Shown: positions 31,908-42,483 of the stretch, in pieces | How positions within the stretch are numbered: position 1 is the first letter of the stretch | Layout: every line of letters starts with the position of its first letter | Source: Vicinamibacteria bacterium | Lineage (GTDB): Bacteria; Acidobacteriota; Vicinamibacteria; Marinacidobacterales; Marinacidobacteraceae | Direction of reading: 5' to 3' | NCBI GenBank assembly: GCA_964291235.2 | Contig: OZ219816.1 | Location: 1,792,001-1,856,000 of the forward strand | DNA length: 64,000 nt | The notes under the pieces: generated by a model | Seen by the model: the letters and a program-made list of their open reading frames with translations, nothing else | Told to the model about the DNA's origin: nothing | Databases searched by the model: none | Translations under genes and position numbers: made by a program

Positions 31908-34015
31908 CCGACGCCTTGCCCCCGGTAGGCCGGAGCGGCCGGAGTGCCGCCTTCCCCAATGTGGTGCTCATCGGCGCCCGGGCTTCGGGGAAGAGCCGGG
32001 CGTCCCGGAAGCTCGCCGAGCGGATCGGTTGGCCCCGGATCAGCACCGACGAGTTGCTGGAAGCCCGCCTTGGCCCGATCCCCGCATTCGTCGAGCGGTT
32101 CGGCTGGGACCGCTTCCGCGAGGAAGAAGCCGCGGTGCTTGCCGGAATTGCCGGCGAGCGCCTGGTGGTGGACTGCGGCGGGGGGATCGTGGAAACCCCG
32201 GAAAACATCCCCAGGCTGCGGGAACTGGGAACGGTCTATTGGGCGCGCGCGCCGGTGGCCGTCCTCAGGGAACGGCTCGCGCGACCGAAGCACCGCGCCG
32301 CCCGACCCCCGCTGCCGGGCATTCCACCGGAAGACGAGGCCGTCCTGGTCCTGGAGCGGCGGACGCCGCTCTACCGGGAAGCCGCCGTTTGCGATCTCTG
32401 GAGCACCGCTTCCAGCGGAGCCGATCAGGAGGAAGCGGTCGAGACCCTGCTGACCGCGCACTTTGGGCCCCGGCTCGCCCTCACCGTGGCCGGGGCAACG
32501 CCAGCGGCACTGCGCGCCGGTATCGATGCCGCCGCCGCCGAGGCCGGGCCGCTGGATCTCGTCGAACTGCGGCTCGACACTCTCGACGCGCCGGACCTCC
32601 CCGACGTGGAAGCGATTCTCGGCCGCCTGCCGAAGCCGCTCCTGGCGCGGCTGATCGCCACCGTACGCCGGCGGAGCGAAGGCGGGAACTTCGCGGGAAG
32701 CGAAAACGACCGGATCGGGCTTCTTGCCGAAGCCGGGCGTCAGGGCGCGGCGTACTGCGACCTCGAGTTCGAAGCGGATCGGGAAAGCGGCGGGGAGCAC
32801 GCCCGCCGCATCCGGGCGGCGGCCCCCTCGGTCCGCCTGGTGGCCTCCGTCCACGACCTGACCGGTGTTCCGGCGGGCCTCGAAGACCTGCCGGAGCGGA
32901 TGGCGACCATGCGACCGGCCCTCACCAAGGTGGCGGTCCAGGCCGGCGGATGGACGGACGTCCAGCGGGTGCAGGCCCTGATTCGGGATGAGGCCACCCG
33001 GAAGACGTCCATCATCGGGATCGCCATGGGGGCGACCGGGGCTCCACTCCGGGTAATCGCCGGAGCCTCGGGTGCGGCGCTTTCCACCTACGCCCCCCCG
33101 GAGGGGCTGCCCGCGGTGGCCGGCGGACAGCTCAGCGCGAAAGACATCCGCTCCCGGCATCGCCGCTGGGGGCGGCGGCTCCATGCCCTGGTTCCGGTGT
33201 ACGGGGTCATGGGCAACCCGATCCGCCAAAGCCTGAGTCCGCCGATGCACGAGGCCGCGTTCCGGCGCCTGGGCATCGAAGCCGCCTACCTTCCCTTCGA
33301 GGTCCCGCCCGCCGAACTGGCCGACTTTCTCCTCGCCGCCCGGCTCAGCGGGGTGGGCGGCCTCAACGTGACGATTCCCCTGAAGCGCGCCGTCCTCCCG
33401 TTGCTCGACGCCCTGGACGACGATGCGCGCCGGATCGGCGCGGTGAATACCATCATCCCGATGAACGGCGGATTCCTGGGAGCCAATACGGACTGGATCG
33501 GGGCGATCCGGTCGCTCGAGGAGGTCACCCCGCTGGCCGGCCGGCGGATTACCGTGCTGGGAGCGGGCGGATCGGCGCGCGCGGTGCTGCACGGGTTGGT
33601 CCGCTCCGGCGCGGAACCCGTGGTGGTGTCGCGCGACGACGGGAAAGCGGCGGCGCTTGCGGACGAAATGGGTGTCCGCCACGCCCCGTTGGCCTCCCTG
33701 GAGGGGGCCCAGGGCGACATTCTGGTAAATACCACCCCCGTGGGAATGGCGCCCCATGACGGAGATTGTCCGGCTCCTGACGCCGCCATCGCCGCTCACG
33801 AGGTGGTCTTCGACCTGGTGTTTCATCCCGAACAGACCGAACTCCTCCGGAAGGCGGCCGGGCTCGGCAAGCGGAACGTCTCCGGACTGCGCATGCTCAT
33901 CCTGCAAGCGGCCGCCGCGTTCGAACGCTGGACCGGCCGCCCCGCCCCGACCGAGGTCATGGCGGCCGCCGCCAGGAAGGCGAGCCAAACCAGGACGGCG
34001 AACCATGCCCGGTAG
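31904..34015 (+). CDS. Trifunctional shikimate kinase / type I 3-dehydroquinase / shikimate dehydrogenase (AroK-AroD-AroE fusion)
   Basis: Kinase '[10 protein letters not shown]','FREEE','CGGG','RTPLY'; DHQase 'VELRLD','TVRRRSEGG','SVHD','KVA','AMG','GQ'; dehydrogenase '[10 protein letters not shown]','NVTIPLK','GAVNT','NTD','GAGGSARA'. Confidence 0.9.
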   Translation: MTDALPPVGRSGRSAAFPNVVLIGARASGKSRASRKLAERIGWPRISTDELLEARLGPIPAFVERFGWDRFREEEAAVLAGIAGERLVVDCGGGIVETPENIPRLRELGTVYWARAPVAVLRERLARPKHRAARPPLPGIPPEDEAVLVLERRTPLYREAAVCDLWSTASSGADQEEAVETLLTAHFGPRLALTVAGATPAALRAGIDAAAAEAGPLDLVELRLDTLDAPDLPDVEAILGRLPKPLLARLIATVRRRSEGGNFAGSENDRIGLLAEAGRQGAAYCDLEFEADRESGGEHARRIRAAAPSVRLVASVHDLTGVPAGLEDLPERMATMRPALTKVAVQAGGWTDVQRVQALIRDEATRKTSIIGIAMGATGAPLRVIAGASGAALSTYAPPEGLPAVAGGQLSAKDIRSRHRRWGRRLHALVPVYGVMGNPIRQSLSPPMHEAAFRRLGIEAAYLPFEVPPAELADFLLAARLSGVGGLNVTIPLKRAVLPLLDALDDDARRIGAVNTIIPMNGGFLGANTDWIGAIRSLEEVTPLAGRRITVLGAGGSARAVLHGLVRSGAEPVVVSRDDGKAAALADEMGVRHAPLASLEGAQGDILVNTTPVGMAPHDGDCPAPDAAIAAHEVVFDLVFHPEQTELLRKAAGLGKRNVSGLRMLILQAAAAFERWTGRPAPTEVMAAAARKASQTRTANHAR

Positions 34016-35102
34016 CTCGATTGGCCAGGCGTTCCGGGTCACGACCTGGGGGGAGTCGCACGGACCCGCCATTGGAGTGGTGGTGGACGGCTGCCCGCCC
34101 CGGCTCCCGCTGAGCGAGGAAGATGTCCAGAAGGAACTCGACCGGCGGCGTCCCGGCCAGAGCGGGCTCACCACGCCGCGCCAGGAGGCGGATCGCGTCC
34201 TCATCCAGTCGGGGGTCCTCGCCGGCCAGACGACGGGCCATCCCATTGCGATGATGGTCCAAAATCGCGACGCCCGGCCCGCGGACTACGAGGCCCTCAA
34301 GACCGTCTATCGACCGAGTCACGCGGACTACACCTTCGAGACCAAATACGGCATCCGGGACCCCAGCGGCGGTGGGCGCTCGTCAGCGCGGGTGACGGTC
34401 GGGCACGTCGCCGCGGGAGCGGTTGCCCGGCGGTTTCTCGAGCAGCGTTTCGGCGTCGAATGCACGGCGTATGTCAAGCGCACGAAGGACATCGAGGCCG
34501 AGGTCGATCCGGAGCGAGTGACGCGGGCCGACGTGGAACGGACGCCGGTCCGCTGTCCGGACCCCGAAACCGCCACCCGCATGGTGGAGCTGATCGAGCG
34601 GACGCGGGACGCCCGGAATTCCATCGGCGGCGTGATCGAGTGCGCGGTGCGAGGCGTTCCCCCGGGACTCGGGGAGCCGGTCTTCGACAAGCTGGAAAGT
34701 GACCTCGCGAAGGCCATGCTCGCGATCAACGCCAGCAAGGGATTCGAGATTGGGTCCGGATTCGCCGGCACCCACCTCTTCGGGAGCCAGCACAACGACC
34801 GCTTCCTGATGAAGGACGGGCGGATGACGACCGAGACGAACCACGCCGGCGGCGTGCTGGGCGGTATCTCGACCGGGATGCCCATCGTCTTCCGGGTGGC
34901 GTTCAAACCCACTTCGACCATCGGGATGGCGCAGCGAACCGTGGACTCGGAGGGAAAGGAAGTCACCCTCGAAGCCAAGGGACGGCATGACCCCTGCGTC
35001 CTTCCCCGCGCCGTCCCGATCGTGGAGGCCATGGCGTGCCTGGTGCTGGCGGATCACGCCCTGCGGCAGGCGGCGATCAGCGGTCCGGACGCGAGCTTGT
35101 GA
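34005..35102 (+). CDS. aroC: Chorismate synthase
   Basis: 'TTWGESHG', 'RPSHAD', 'GGGRSSAR', 'GGISTG', 'GRHDPCV'. Confidence 0.96.
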   Translation: MPGSSIGQAFRVTTWGESHGPAIGVVVDGCPPRLPLSEEDVQKELDRRRPGQSGLTTPRQEADRVLIQSGVLAGQTTGHPIAMMVQNRDARPADYEALKTVYRPSHADYTFETKYGIRDPSGGGRSSARVTVGHVAAGAVARRFLEQRFGVECTAYVKRTKDIEAEVDPERVTRADVERTPVRCPDPETATRMVELIERTRDARNSIGGVIECAVRGVPPGLGEPVFDKLESDLAKAMLAINASKGFEIGSGFAGTHLFGSQHNDRFLMKDGRMTTETNHAGGVLGGISTGMPIVFRVAFKPTSTIGMAQRTVDSEGKEVTLEAKGRHDPCVLPRAVPIVEAMACLVLADHALRQAAISGPDASL

Positions 35103-35209
35103 CGGGGGCGGGGTCGGAGCCCCGGCCGCTGCCTCACCCGATCCGCCCGGGCCCGGGCCAACATGAGCGAAACAGTGTCAAGTTATACTTGAAGATAATC
35201 CAGCCACGG

Positions 35210-35285
35210 GGGCGGCTAGCTCAGCTGGGAGAGCGCGGCGTTCGCAATGCCGAGGTCACGGGTTCGATCCCCGTGCCGTCCACCA
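35210..35285 (+). tRNA. tRNA-Ala (anticodon CGC)
   Basis: Acceptor stem GGGCGGC/GCCGTCC with G3:U70, anticodon loop TTCGCAA, T arm GGTTCGATCC, encoded CCA; 76 nt. Confidence 0.96.
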
Positions 35286-35317
35286 CTGGAAGGAAAACCG
35301 CAGGGGGTAGCACGACG

Positions 35318-36037
35318 ATGCGACGAGGTGCTTCCGTTCGGGGCTGGGCCCTGCTGGCATCGTTCGTGGCGACTCTCCCCGCCGCCTCCGGAGAACCGGC
35401 TCCGCCCAGGCTCGCTCCCGATCCCGAGGCGGTCGCGCTCATCGAACGAGTCGAGGCCTACCACCAGTCACTGCCCCACTTCGAGGCGCGCTTCGAACAG
35501 CGCTTTTCGCCGCGTATCTTCGGGCGTGACCGGGTGGAGACCGGCCGCCTGACGGTCAAGCGGCCCGGCCGCATGCGTTGGGACTACGAGGCACCGGAAT
35601 CGAAGGCCTTCGTCAGCGACGGAAACAACACCTGGTTCCACGTGCCCGCCGACCAGCAGGTAGTGGTGGGCGCCTTCGGCGGTGACGGCCAGCGAGCCGA
35701 CGGGGAAGGCGGCGGGTTGAATCCGCTGGAGTTCCTGACCGGAGACGCCACGATCCTGGATCACTTCGATGCCCTGCTCGGGAACGAGGCGACGGCCGGA
35801 CTGCACACCGTCAGTCTGGTTCCCCGGCAGGCGAACGGAGAGATCACCTCCCTCTCGCTTACCGTGGACGCCGACAGCGGCCGCATCCAGGGGATCGAGT
35901 CCGAAGACCTCGAAGGGAACCGGACGACCTTCCGGTTCAGCGATTTCCGCTACGGGCCTCCTCCCGAGGACTCGCTGTTCACCTTCACCATCCCCCCGGG
36001 CACCGACGTGGTGACGGCGGCGGATCTGCGTCCGTGA
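35318..36037 (+). CDS. lolA: Outer-membrane lipoprotein carrier LolA
   Basis: Signal peptide; 'ARFEQ', 'GRLTVKRPGRMRWDY', 'FVSDG', 'FTFTIPPGTDV'. Confidence 0.88.
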   Translation: MRRGASVRGWALLASFVATLPAASGEPAPPRLAPDPEAVALIERVEAYHQSLPHFEARFEQRFSPRIFGRDRVETGRLTVKRPGRMRWDYEAPESKAFVSDGNNTWFHVPADQQVVVGAFGGDGQRADGEGGGLNPLEFLTGDATILDHFDALLGNEATAGLHTVSLVPRQANGEITSLSLTVDADSGRIQGIESEDLEGNRTTFRFSDFRYGPPPEDSLFTFTIPPGTDVVTAADLRP

Positions 36038-37677
36038 AACTCCTGGGGAGGGACCCGCGTGGGTTCCTGATCGCGTGCCTGCTGCTCGCCGCCGGCTGCG
36101 CCACCAGTCGTCATTTCACCGCCGGAGAGGCCGCGGAACGGCTCGGCCGCTACGACGACGCCGTGGCGCAGTATGCCCGGGCGGTCGCGGAGAATCCCTC
36201 CGACGCGGCGGCCCGGCTCTCGCTGACGCGGGTCAAGCTGCGCGCCGCCGAAGGCCACGCGCAGGCGGCGGAACGCCTCGCGGCGCTCAACGATTTCGCC
36301 GCGGCGGAGGACGCGCTCCGGGCGGCCATCATCCTGGCTCCCGGGGAAACGTCGTACCAGGAACGGCTGGCGGTCATTCAGGAGGCGGTCCAGGAGCAGG
36401 CCGACGAGACGCGGGCGCTGACCCTCGCCGAGTTGAAGGAGGAGGCCCTGACCCGGCCGCTGGGCCTCGACGTGCCGGAAGAAGCCCGCGCGCCGGCGAG
36501 TTTCGTGTTCCGGAACGCCAGCCTGCGCTACGTCCTCCTGACCCTCGGGGAAATCGCCGGCGTGAATGTCGCCTTCGACGAGGACTTCGTGGACCAGACG
36601 GTCTCCATCGAGGCGGAGGACTCGACTTTCGAGGACGCGATCCGCGGTCTGACCGAGACCACGGGACATTTCTTCCGTGTCGAGTCCCCACACCTGATCA
36701 CGATCGTGCCGGACACCCAGAACAAGCGCCTCCAGTACGAACAGCAGGTGGCGCAGACCTTCTATCTGTCCTCGGCGGACCTCACCCAGACCGCCGACAC
36801 GCTCCGCATCGTGCTGGGAATCCGCCAGATCGCCCAGCATGAGGGCACCAACTCGATCACGATGGTGGACACCTGGGAGCAGGTCCGCTCAGCGCAGCGC
36901 ATCATCGAAGCCCTGGACCGCAGTCCCGGCGAAGTGGTCGTGGATGTGGAGCTCATGGAGGTCAACCGGACCCACCTCGAGCAGTACGGCATTCCCCTGC
37001 TGTCGCCGGGGACCGATGGACAGGGAATCTCGGCCGCACTGACCCCGCGGCTGGACACCGTCCTCCAAAACCCCTACACCCGAGCGAACCTCCAGATCGC
37101 GGGCCTCCCGGGCGCCATCCTGAACCTGGTCCGCTCGGATACGGACACCCACGTACTGGCCAATCCGCAGCTTCGGGCGTCCGACGGCAAGCCGGCGCTT
37201 GCCGATTTCGGCGAACGCGTGCCGGTTCCGGTAACCACCTTCGCGCCGATTGCCACCGGCGGCCTCGCGCAACAGCCCACTACCACCTTCGAGTACGAGA
37301 ACGTGGGAGTCAGCATCGAGGTGCTCCCCCGGATCCACCACGACGACAGCGTGACCCTGGAAGTCAAGGTGCGCCTCGACAACGTGTCCGGCACCGGGTA
37401 TTCCGGCTTGCCGACCTTCGGGAACCGGAACGTGGAAACGACCCTGCGCCTGAGAAACGGCGAGACCAGCATGATCGCCGGCCTCATCCGTCAGGAAGAG
37501 CGAACCAGCCTGAGCGGGCTTCCCGGCATCGCCGACGTTCCGGTCATCGGGCGGCTGTTCGCCCAGAACTCCGACAACCTGACGGAGTCCGACATCATCC
37601 TGACGATCACCCCGAGGATTGCGCGGCGCGCGGATCTGGATCGGGAAACGCTCCTGCCCCACATCGTCCGAAGGTAG
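36034..37677 (+). CDS. Secretin (GspD/PilQ family) with lipoprotein signal and N-terminal TPR
   Basis: Lipobox 'LAAGC'; 'EVVVDVELMEV', 'VLANPQLRA', 'GERVPV', 'ETTLRLRNGET..IAGLI', 'PGIADVPVIGRLF', 'ITPRI'. Confidence 0.88.
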   Translation: MKLLGRDPRGFLIACLLLAAGCATSRHFTAGEAAERLGRYDDAVAQYARAVAENPSDAAARLSLTRVKLRAAEGHAQAAERLAALNDFAAAEDALRAAIILAPGETSYQERLAVIQEAVQEQADETRALTLAELKEEALTRPLGLDVPEEARAPASFVFRNASLRYVLLTLGEIAGVNVAFDEDFVDQTVSIEAEDSTFEDAIRGLTETTGHFFRVESPHLITIVPDTQNKRLQYEQQVAQTFYLSSADLTQTADTLRIVLGIRQIAQHEGTNSITMVDTWEQVRSAQRIIEALDRSPGEVVVDVELMEVNRTHLEQYGIPLLSPGTDGQGISAALTPRLDTVLQNPYTRANLQIAGLPGAILNLVRSDTDTHVLANPQLRASDGKPALADFGERVPVPVTTFAPIATGGLAQQPTTTFEYENVGVSIEVLPRIHHDDSVTLEVKVRLDNVSGTGYSGLPTFGNRNVETTLRLRNGETSMIAGLIRQEERTSLSGLPGIADVPVIGRLFAQNSDNLTESDIILTITPRIARRADLDRETLLPHIVRR

Positions 37678-37731
37678 CCAGGCGCGGGCGGCGCGCCCGG
37701 CAAGTTCCTGCGGACTCCTGTTCCGGAGCCC

Positions 37732-39393
37732 CTATTCGGAACTCCGTTCCGGAACAAAAGCCGGGCCGCGAAGCGCCCGGCCCGGCAGCGCCCGGGTGTA
37801 CTCGCCGTCGTCAACGACCGGGGTGCCGTTGACGAGGACGTAACGCATGCCGACCGAGTAGTGGAACGGGTCTTCGAAAGTGGCCATCCCCTGGATCGTC
37901 TCCGGATCGAAAACCGCGATGTCGGCGAAATAGCCGTCCTCGAGCGTGCCCCGCTCCTCGAGGCCGAGAATCTCCGCGGGAAGCCCGCTCAGCTTCCGGA
38001 TGGCTTCCTCCCAACTCAGGAGCCCCTCCTCGCGCACGTAGGTGCCGAGCAGGCGCGGGACGGTACCCAGGTGGCGGGGATGCACGAGCGGGGGGAGGTT
38101 CTCCGAGTCCAGGTCCAAGGCGCCCCCGTCGGTTCCGCCGGCCACGTACGGCTTCGCCAGGACCTGACGGAGGGTGTCCTCCTCGTTGTTCCAGTCGATG
38201 ACGATGCCGCGGCCTTCCTGCTTGAGGACCACGTCCATGAAGACCTCTTCGGGAGGTTGGCTCCGCATCTCGGAGACCTCCTCGACCAGCTTCCCGTTCA
38301 CCTCCGGATCGTCCACCCCGAGCCGGACGCGGTGCCAGCCGATGTTGGCCAGATAGGGTGGCTCGGTCACGAAATCGCCGGCGATGCGTTCCCGGATTGC
38401 CGGGTCGCGCAGTCGTTCGAGCATTGCCTCGACGCCGCCTTCCTGGGCCCAGGCGGGGATGTAACTGGAGAGTCCGGTGATGCCCCAGGTATAGGTGTAG
38501 CTGTCGCCGGTGACCTCCATGCCGCGGCTCCGGGCCTCGTCGATGATCCCCAGGAAGGTGTCCGCCTCGGTCGAGGAGATGGAGTTCAAATGGAAGAAAT
38601 GCACCGGCGCGCCAGCCTGCTCCCCGATGGCCAGAGCCTCGCGGATCGCCTCCGGATCGGTGCCGTTCATGGTGCGCGCGTGGTTCGCGAACAGGCCGCC
38701 GAGCGCCGCCGCCTCGCCCACGATCGCGGCCAGCTCGTCGGTTGACATGTAGATGTTGGGCACGTAGCTGAGCCCCGCCGAAACCCCGAAGGCGCCATCC
38801 GTCATCGCTTCCCGGGTAAGCCGCAGCATCGCCTCGAGTTCCTCATCGGTCGGCGCCCGATCCTCGTATCCCATCACGTACGCCCGCACCGCACCGGAGC
38901 CCACGTAAGACACGACGTTGATGGAGACGCCCACCTCCTCCACGTAGTCGAGGAACCCCCCGAGGGTGTCCCACTGTCCCTCGAGTTCGTCGGGGAGACG
39001 GCGCTCGATCCGGCCGCCGGTCGGCCCCATCGAAAACGTCTCGCCGTACACCTCGGTCGTCAGTCCCTGAAAGGCGAACGAGGGTCCCTGCCCGCCGTTC
39101 AGCAGCCGGGCGACCTCGGAGTGGGAGTGCATGTCGATGAAGCCGGGAGCCACATAGAGCCCCTCGGCCTCGATCGTCCGTTCTCCCTCGCCCAGGTCCG
39201 TACCGACCGCCGCGATGCGGTCCCCGCGGATCGCCACGTCGGCGAGGCGGCCCGGCGCCCCGGTGCCGTCAAAGACGGTGCCTCCCCGGATCACCAGGTC
39301 GTATTCGGGCGGAGCGCAACCAAGGGCGCAGGCGACCAGGATCCAACCGAACGGCGCCGTGCGCGTCCACGTGCGTTTTCCCGTGAGTTTCAA
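37732..39393 (-). CDS. N-acyl-D-amino-acid deacylase family amidohydrolase, lipoprotein
   Basis: 'YDLVIRGGTVFDGTG', 'APGFIDMHSH', 'HPR..GT.PR.LG.YVRE', 'ADIAVFDP'; TTG start estimated. Confidence 0.85.
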   Translation of the reverse strand: MKLTGKRTWTRTAPFGWILVACALGCAPPEYDLVIRGGTVFDGTGAPGRLADVAIRGDRIAAVGTDLGEGERTIEAEGLYVAPGFIDMHSHSEVARLLNGGQGPSFAFQGLTTEVYGETFSMGPTGGRIERRLPDELEGQWDTLGGFLDYVEEVGVSINVVSYVGSGAVRAYVMGYEDRAPTDEELEAMLRLTREAMTDGAFGVSAGLSYVPNIYMSTDELAAIVGEAAALGGLFANHARTMNGTDPEAIREALAIGEQAGAPVHFFHLNSISSTEADTFLGIIDEARSRGMEVTGDSYTYTWGITGLSSYIPAWAQEGGVEAMLERLRDPAIRERIAGDFVTEPPYLANIGWHRVRLGVDDPEVNGKLVEEVSEMRSQPPEEVFMDVVLKQEGRGIVIDWNNEEDTLRQVLAKPYVAGGTDGGALDLDSENLPPLVHPRHLGTVPRLLGTYVREEGLLSWEEAIRKLSGLPAEILGLEERGTLEDGYFADIAVFDPETIQGMATFEDPFHYSVGMRYVLVNGTPVVDDGEYTRALPGRALRGPAFVPERSSE

Positions 39394-39482
39394 GCCGCGG
39401 CCATGGTAGTCGAGTCGGGATTCTGGAGCCCCGCCGAGCCAGCGCCCGGCGAGGAGGGGCCCCCGCGGGGCCGGCCGAACTC

Positions 39483-40934
39483 TTACTGCCTGAGCTGGGC
39501 GGCCACGGCCTCCGGGACGCCGCCGAAGTGGCCGTTCGACAGGAACAGGAGCACGGTGGGGCCGTCTCCGGCGGCCAACTCGCCGGTGCGCCGGATCAAT
39601 GCGGAATGGTCGTCGAAAACCTCGGCGGGGACCTCGAACAACGCCACGTCCCGAGCCAGCCGCTCGAGGTCGAGGGCCGCCGTGCCCGGCAGCCGGCGGC
39701 CCCGTTTTTCGCCAGCCGGAGACGCGAGCAGCACGCGGCTCGCCAGCCGGAATGCCTCCGCGAAGCGGTCCTGGAACACTGCGCTCCGGGCCGTGAAGGA
39801 GCGCGGTTCGAAGATCGCGACCAGGCGCGCGTCGGGCCAGCGGTGGGACGCCCCCTCGAGGACCGCCTCGACCGCGGTTGGGTGATGGGCGAAGTCCCGG
39901 ACCGCGAGCGTCCGTCCGTCCGGACTCGCGGCAAGCTCCTGGAGGCGGCGTTCCACTCCGGAGAACCCTCGGACCGCATCGCGGATCGCTTCCCACGGGA
40001 CACCCAGCCACTCGGCGGTCGCCGCCGCCGCCAGAACGTTCCGCGCCGCGGCCCGTCCCCAGAACCGGCCCTCGAGGGGCGGCCTCGGCGAGCCGCGAAA
40101 CGCCGTATCGAGACGGCTTCCGGAAGGGCCGCTGGTCGCGATGGCGCCGATCCAGTCGGCCGCGGCGTCATCCCCGTCCGCGACCGAGAACGTCTGCACC
40201 GAGGTGTGGGCCGCCGGGGCGAGTTCGGCGGCGGCCGCCGAATCGGCCCCGAGCAACAGGAGTCCGCGCCGCGGGGGCAGCCGGGCCAGGAAGGCAAACT
40301 GCCGGCGAACCGCCGCGAAGTCGGAGTAGATGTCCGCGTGGTCGAACTCCACGTTGCCGATGATGGCCACCTCCGGCAGGTAGTGGAGAAACTTCGGTCC
40401 CTTGTCCCAGAACGCGGTGTCGTACTCGTCTCCCTCGACGACGAACGGTTCACCCGGCGCCCCGAGCTCGAAACTCCCTCCCAGATCGGTCGCCACCCCT
40501 CCCACCAGGAAGCCGGCTTCGCGTCCCGACGCGCGCAGAATCCAGGCGAGCAGCGAAGTGGTGGTCGTCTTCCCGTGGGTTCCGGCAACCACCACCGGCA
40601 CCCGCGGCCGGAGGACCAGTTCCCTGAGGGTTTCCGGGAAGGAGACGAGCGGCAGGCGGCGGTCAAGCGCCGCCTCGAGTTCGGGGTTACCGCGCGAGAT
40701 CGCGTTGCCGACAATCACCGCGCTGCAATCCTCGGGGAGATTCTCCGCCCGGAACGGCGTCCGAACCTCAATGCCCTCCCGGTCGAGAACCGTGGACATC
40801 GGGGGATAGGCCCCCTGATCCGATCCGCTGACCAGGTAGCCGAGCCGGGTGAGCAGACCCGCGAGCGACGCCATCGCGGTGCCCGCGATTCCCAGCACGT
40901 GGAGGCGGTCGCCCGGCCGCAGCCCGGTGATCAC
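39483..40934 (-). CDS. mpl: Murein peptide ligase
   Basis: 'HVLGIAGTAMASLA', 'YPPMST', 'GNAISRGNPE', 'GTHGKTTT', 'EGDEYDTAFWDK', 'DFAHHPTA'. Confidence 0.9.
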   Translation of the reverse strand: MITGLRPGDRLHVLGIAGTAMASLAGLLTRLGYLVSGSDQGAYPPMSTVLDREGIEVRTPFRAENLPEDCSAVIVGNAISRGNPELEAALDRRLPLVSFPETLRELVLRPRVPVVVAGTHGKTTTTSLLAWILRASGREAGFLVGGVATDLGGSFELGAPGEPFVVEGDEYDTAFWDKGPKFLHYLPEVAIIGNVEFDHADIYSDFAAVRRQFAFLARLPPRRGLLLLGADSAAAAELAPAAHTSVQTFSVADGDDAAADWIGAIATSGPSGSRLDTAFRGSPRPPLEGRFWGRAAARNVLAAAATAEWLGVPWEAIRDAVRGFSGVERRLQELAASPDGRTLAVRDFAHHPTAVEAVLEGASHRWPDARLVAIFEPRSFTARSAVFQDRFAEAFRLASRVLLASPAGEKRGRRLPGTAALDLERLARDVALFEVPAEVFDDHSALIRRTGELAAGDGPTVLLFLSNGHFGGVPEAVAAQLRQ

Positions 40935-41848
40935 GCTACCGCGCCTTCAAGCAGCGTTAACCCGTCCTCGTCCATGCGGGCGCGGACTTCGAAAGGAACC
41001 GTGCGGCACGGGACTCCGTCCGTGTGCCCGGTGGCGAACCCGAAGACGGTCGGGACTCCAAACCGCTCGCTGAGACGGGCGAGCAGTTCCGCCGTGGTGT
41101 ACCCCTGGTCGGGGTGCTGGACGCAGTCCGGCATCCGGCCGAAGACGATTCCCCGCACGCCGTCGAGCAATCCGGCCAGTGACAACTGGGTCAGCATGCG
41201 TTCGATCTGGTACGGCTTGACCGAGATGTCCTCGAGAACCGCGATCGCGTCCCGGAAGGACGTCTGGAACCCAGTGCCGGCGAGCGCCGCCACCATCGAG
41301 AGACAACCTCCTCGAAGCACCCCCTCCGCTCGGCCCGGATGCAGGATTTGGGCGCCTCGCCAAGGCAGGTGAAACCCCGGTTCGGTGGCCTGCAGCAGAC
41401 CCAGCGTTTCCTCCGGATCCCACCGCGAGGGGCCGCGCGCAATCTGCTGCGCAACCATCGGGCCGTGAAACGACGTAACCCCCGCCCGCGAAAGGAGCGC
41501 AAGCAGGGCCGTCAGGTCGCTGCCGCCAAGAATCGCCTTCGGATGGTTGCGCACCCGATCGAGCGGAATGCGGGAGAGCAGGTCGAGACTGCCGTATCCG
41601 CCGCGCGCGCCGAAGATGGCCCCGACCTCCTCATCTTCCAGGAATCTCAGGAAGTCCTCGGTCCGCTCGGCGGCGGATCCGGCCGTGTACACATCGCGTT
41701 TCAGCAGGTGCCGGGATCGGCGGGGAACCAGGCCGACCCGACGGAGTTCGGCTTCTCCCGCCTCGAGCCAGGAAAGCTGGACCGGGCTGGCCGGCGCCAG
41801 GATCCCCACCGCGGCGCCGGGTTGGAGCTGCGGAGGCCGAAGGGCCAT
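40931..41848 (-). CDS. ldcA: LD-carboxypeptidase (S66 family)
   Basis: 'GILAPASP', 'ARGGYG', 'GGSDLTAL', 'HGPM', 'GGCLS', 'LED', 'GH'. Confidence 0.88.
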   Translation of the reverse strand: MALRPPQLQPGAAVGILAPASPVQLSWLEAGEAELRRVGLVPRRSRHLLKRDVYTAGSAAERTEDFLRFLEDEEVGAIFGARGGYGSLDLLSRIPLDRVRNHPKAILGGSDLTALLALLSRAGVTSFHGPMVAQQIARGPSRWDPEETLGLLQATEPGFHLPWRGAQILHPGRAEGVLRGGCLSMVAALAGTGFQTSFRDAIAVLEDISVKPYQIERMLTQLSLAGLLDGVRGIVFGRMPDCVQHPDQGYTTAELLARLSERFGVPTVFGFATGHTDGVPCRTVPFEVRARMDEDGLTLLEGAVA

Positions 41849-42483
41849 TAGCGGAGGAACAGGGCGGCGGCGGTCACGACGGCCAGGGCGCCCAGGATCG
41901 CGAGCAGAACCCGGCGCCGCGTGCGTCCGGGCTCTCCCGGAAGCGGCCCGGCAACATGGGGTGTCGGCAGGGTGCCGGAGGGCCACGGGGCCGCGTCCCG
42001 TTCGACAGTTTCCTCCGGTCCGCGGGTTGGTGGAGTCGCGGCCCCGGCCGTGGCCGCCTCGGCCCGATCTCCGCCGGCCCCGGTAGGCGTGTCCGGGAGG
42101 GCCGGCGCCGGGCGGTGGACCGCCATATCCCCGCCGGAGGACTCGATGCGGCATCGGGCGCCGCCGAAGAGCAGGACGTCCCCCGCGTGGATTCGCACCC
42201 GGGTGGGCACGGGCGCTCCGTTGACCCGGCTCTGGTTGGTGCTGTCCAGATCCTCGAGATGCAGTTCGAGATCGCGCAGAATCAGGCGGGCGTGCCTGCG
42301 GCTGACGAACATGTCGTCGAGCCGAACGGTGCACCCCGGGGATCGGCCGATGAAGGTCTCGCGGTTCTGAATCCCGTAGCGCACCGGCGGATCGAGGCGT
42401 TCTCCGGGCGTCGTGCCCGAGCGGACGTTCTCCACGACCAACTCGTAGAGCGCGCGCGTCGAGCCGGAGGATTCGCCCGTCAC
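41848..42483 (-). CDS. FHA-domain protein with C-terminal membrane anchor
   Basis: 'IGRS', 'VSRRHA', 'EDLDSTN..VNG', 'GDVLLFG'; terminal TM helix. Confidence 0.85.
   Translation of the reverse strand: MTGESSGSTRALYELVVENVRSGTTPGERLDPPVRYGIQNRETFIGRSPGCTVRLDDMFVSRRHARLILRDLELHLEDLDSTNQSRVNGAPVPTRVRIHAGDVLLFGGARCRIESSGGDMAVHRPAPALPDTPTGAGGDRAEAATAGAATPPTRGPEETVERDAAPWPSGTLPTPHVAGPLPGEPGRTRRRVLLAILGALAVVTAAALFLR

Noticed and set aside
31388-34246. 952-aa minus-strand ORF and other long antisense ORFs (2583-4388, 42534-44789, 55412-57340)
   Set aside because: Shadow ORFs opposite well-supported genes, expected at high GC, with no recognisable motifs.
35210-35320. tRNA-Ala as an island integration site
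   Set aside because: No integrase, no duplicated tRNA 3' end noticed, and housekeeping genes on both sides.
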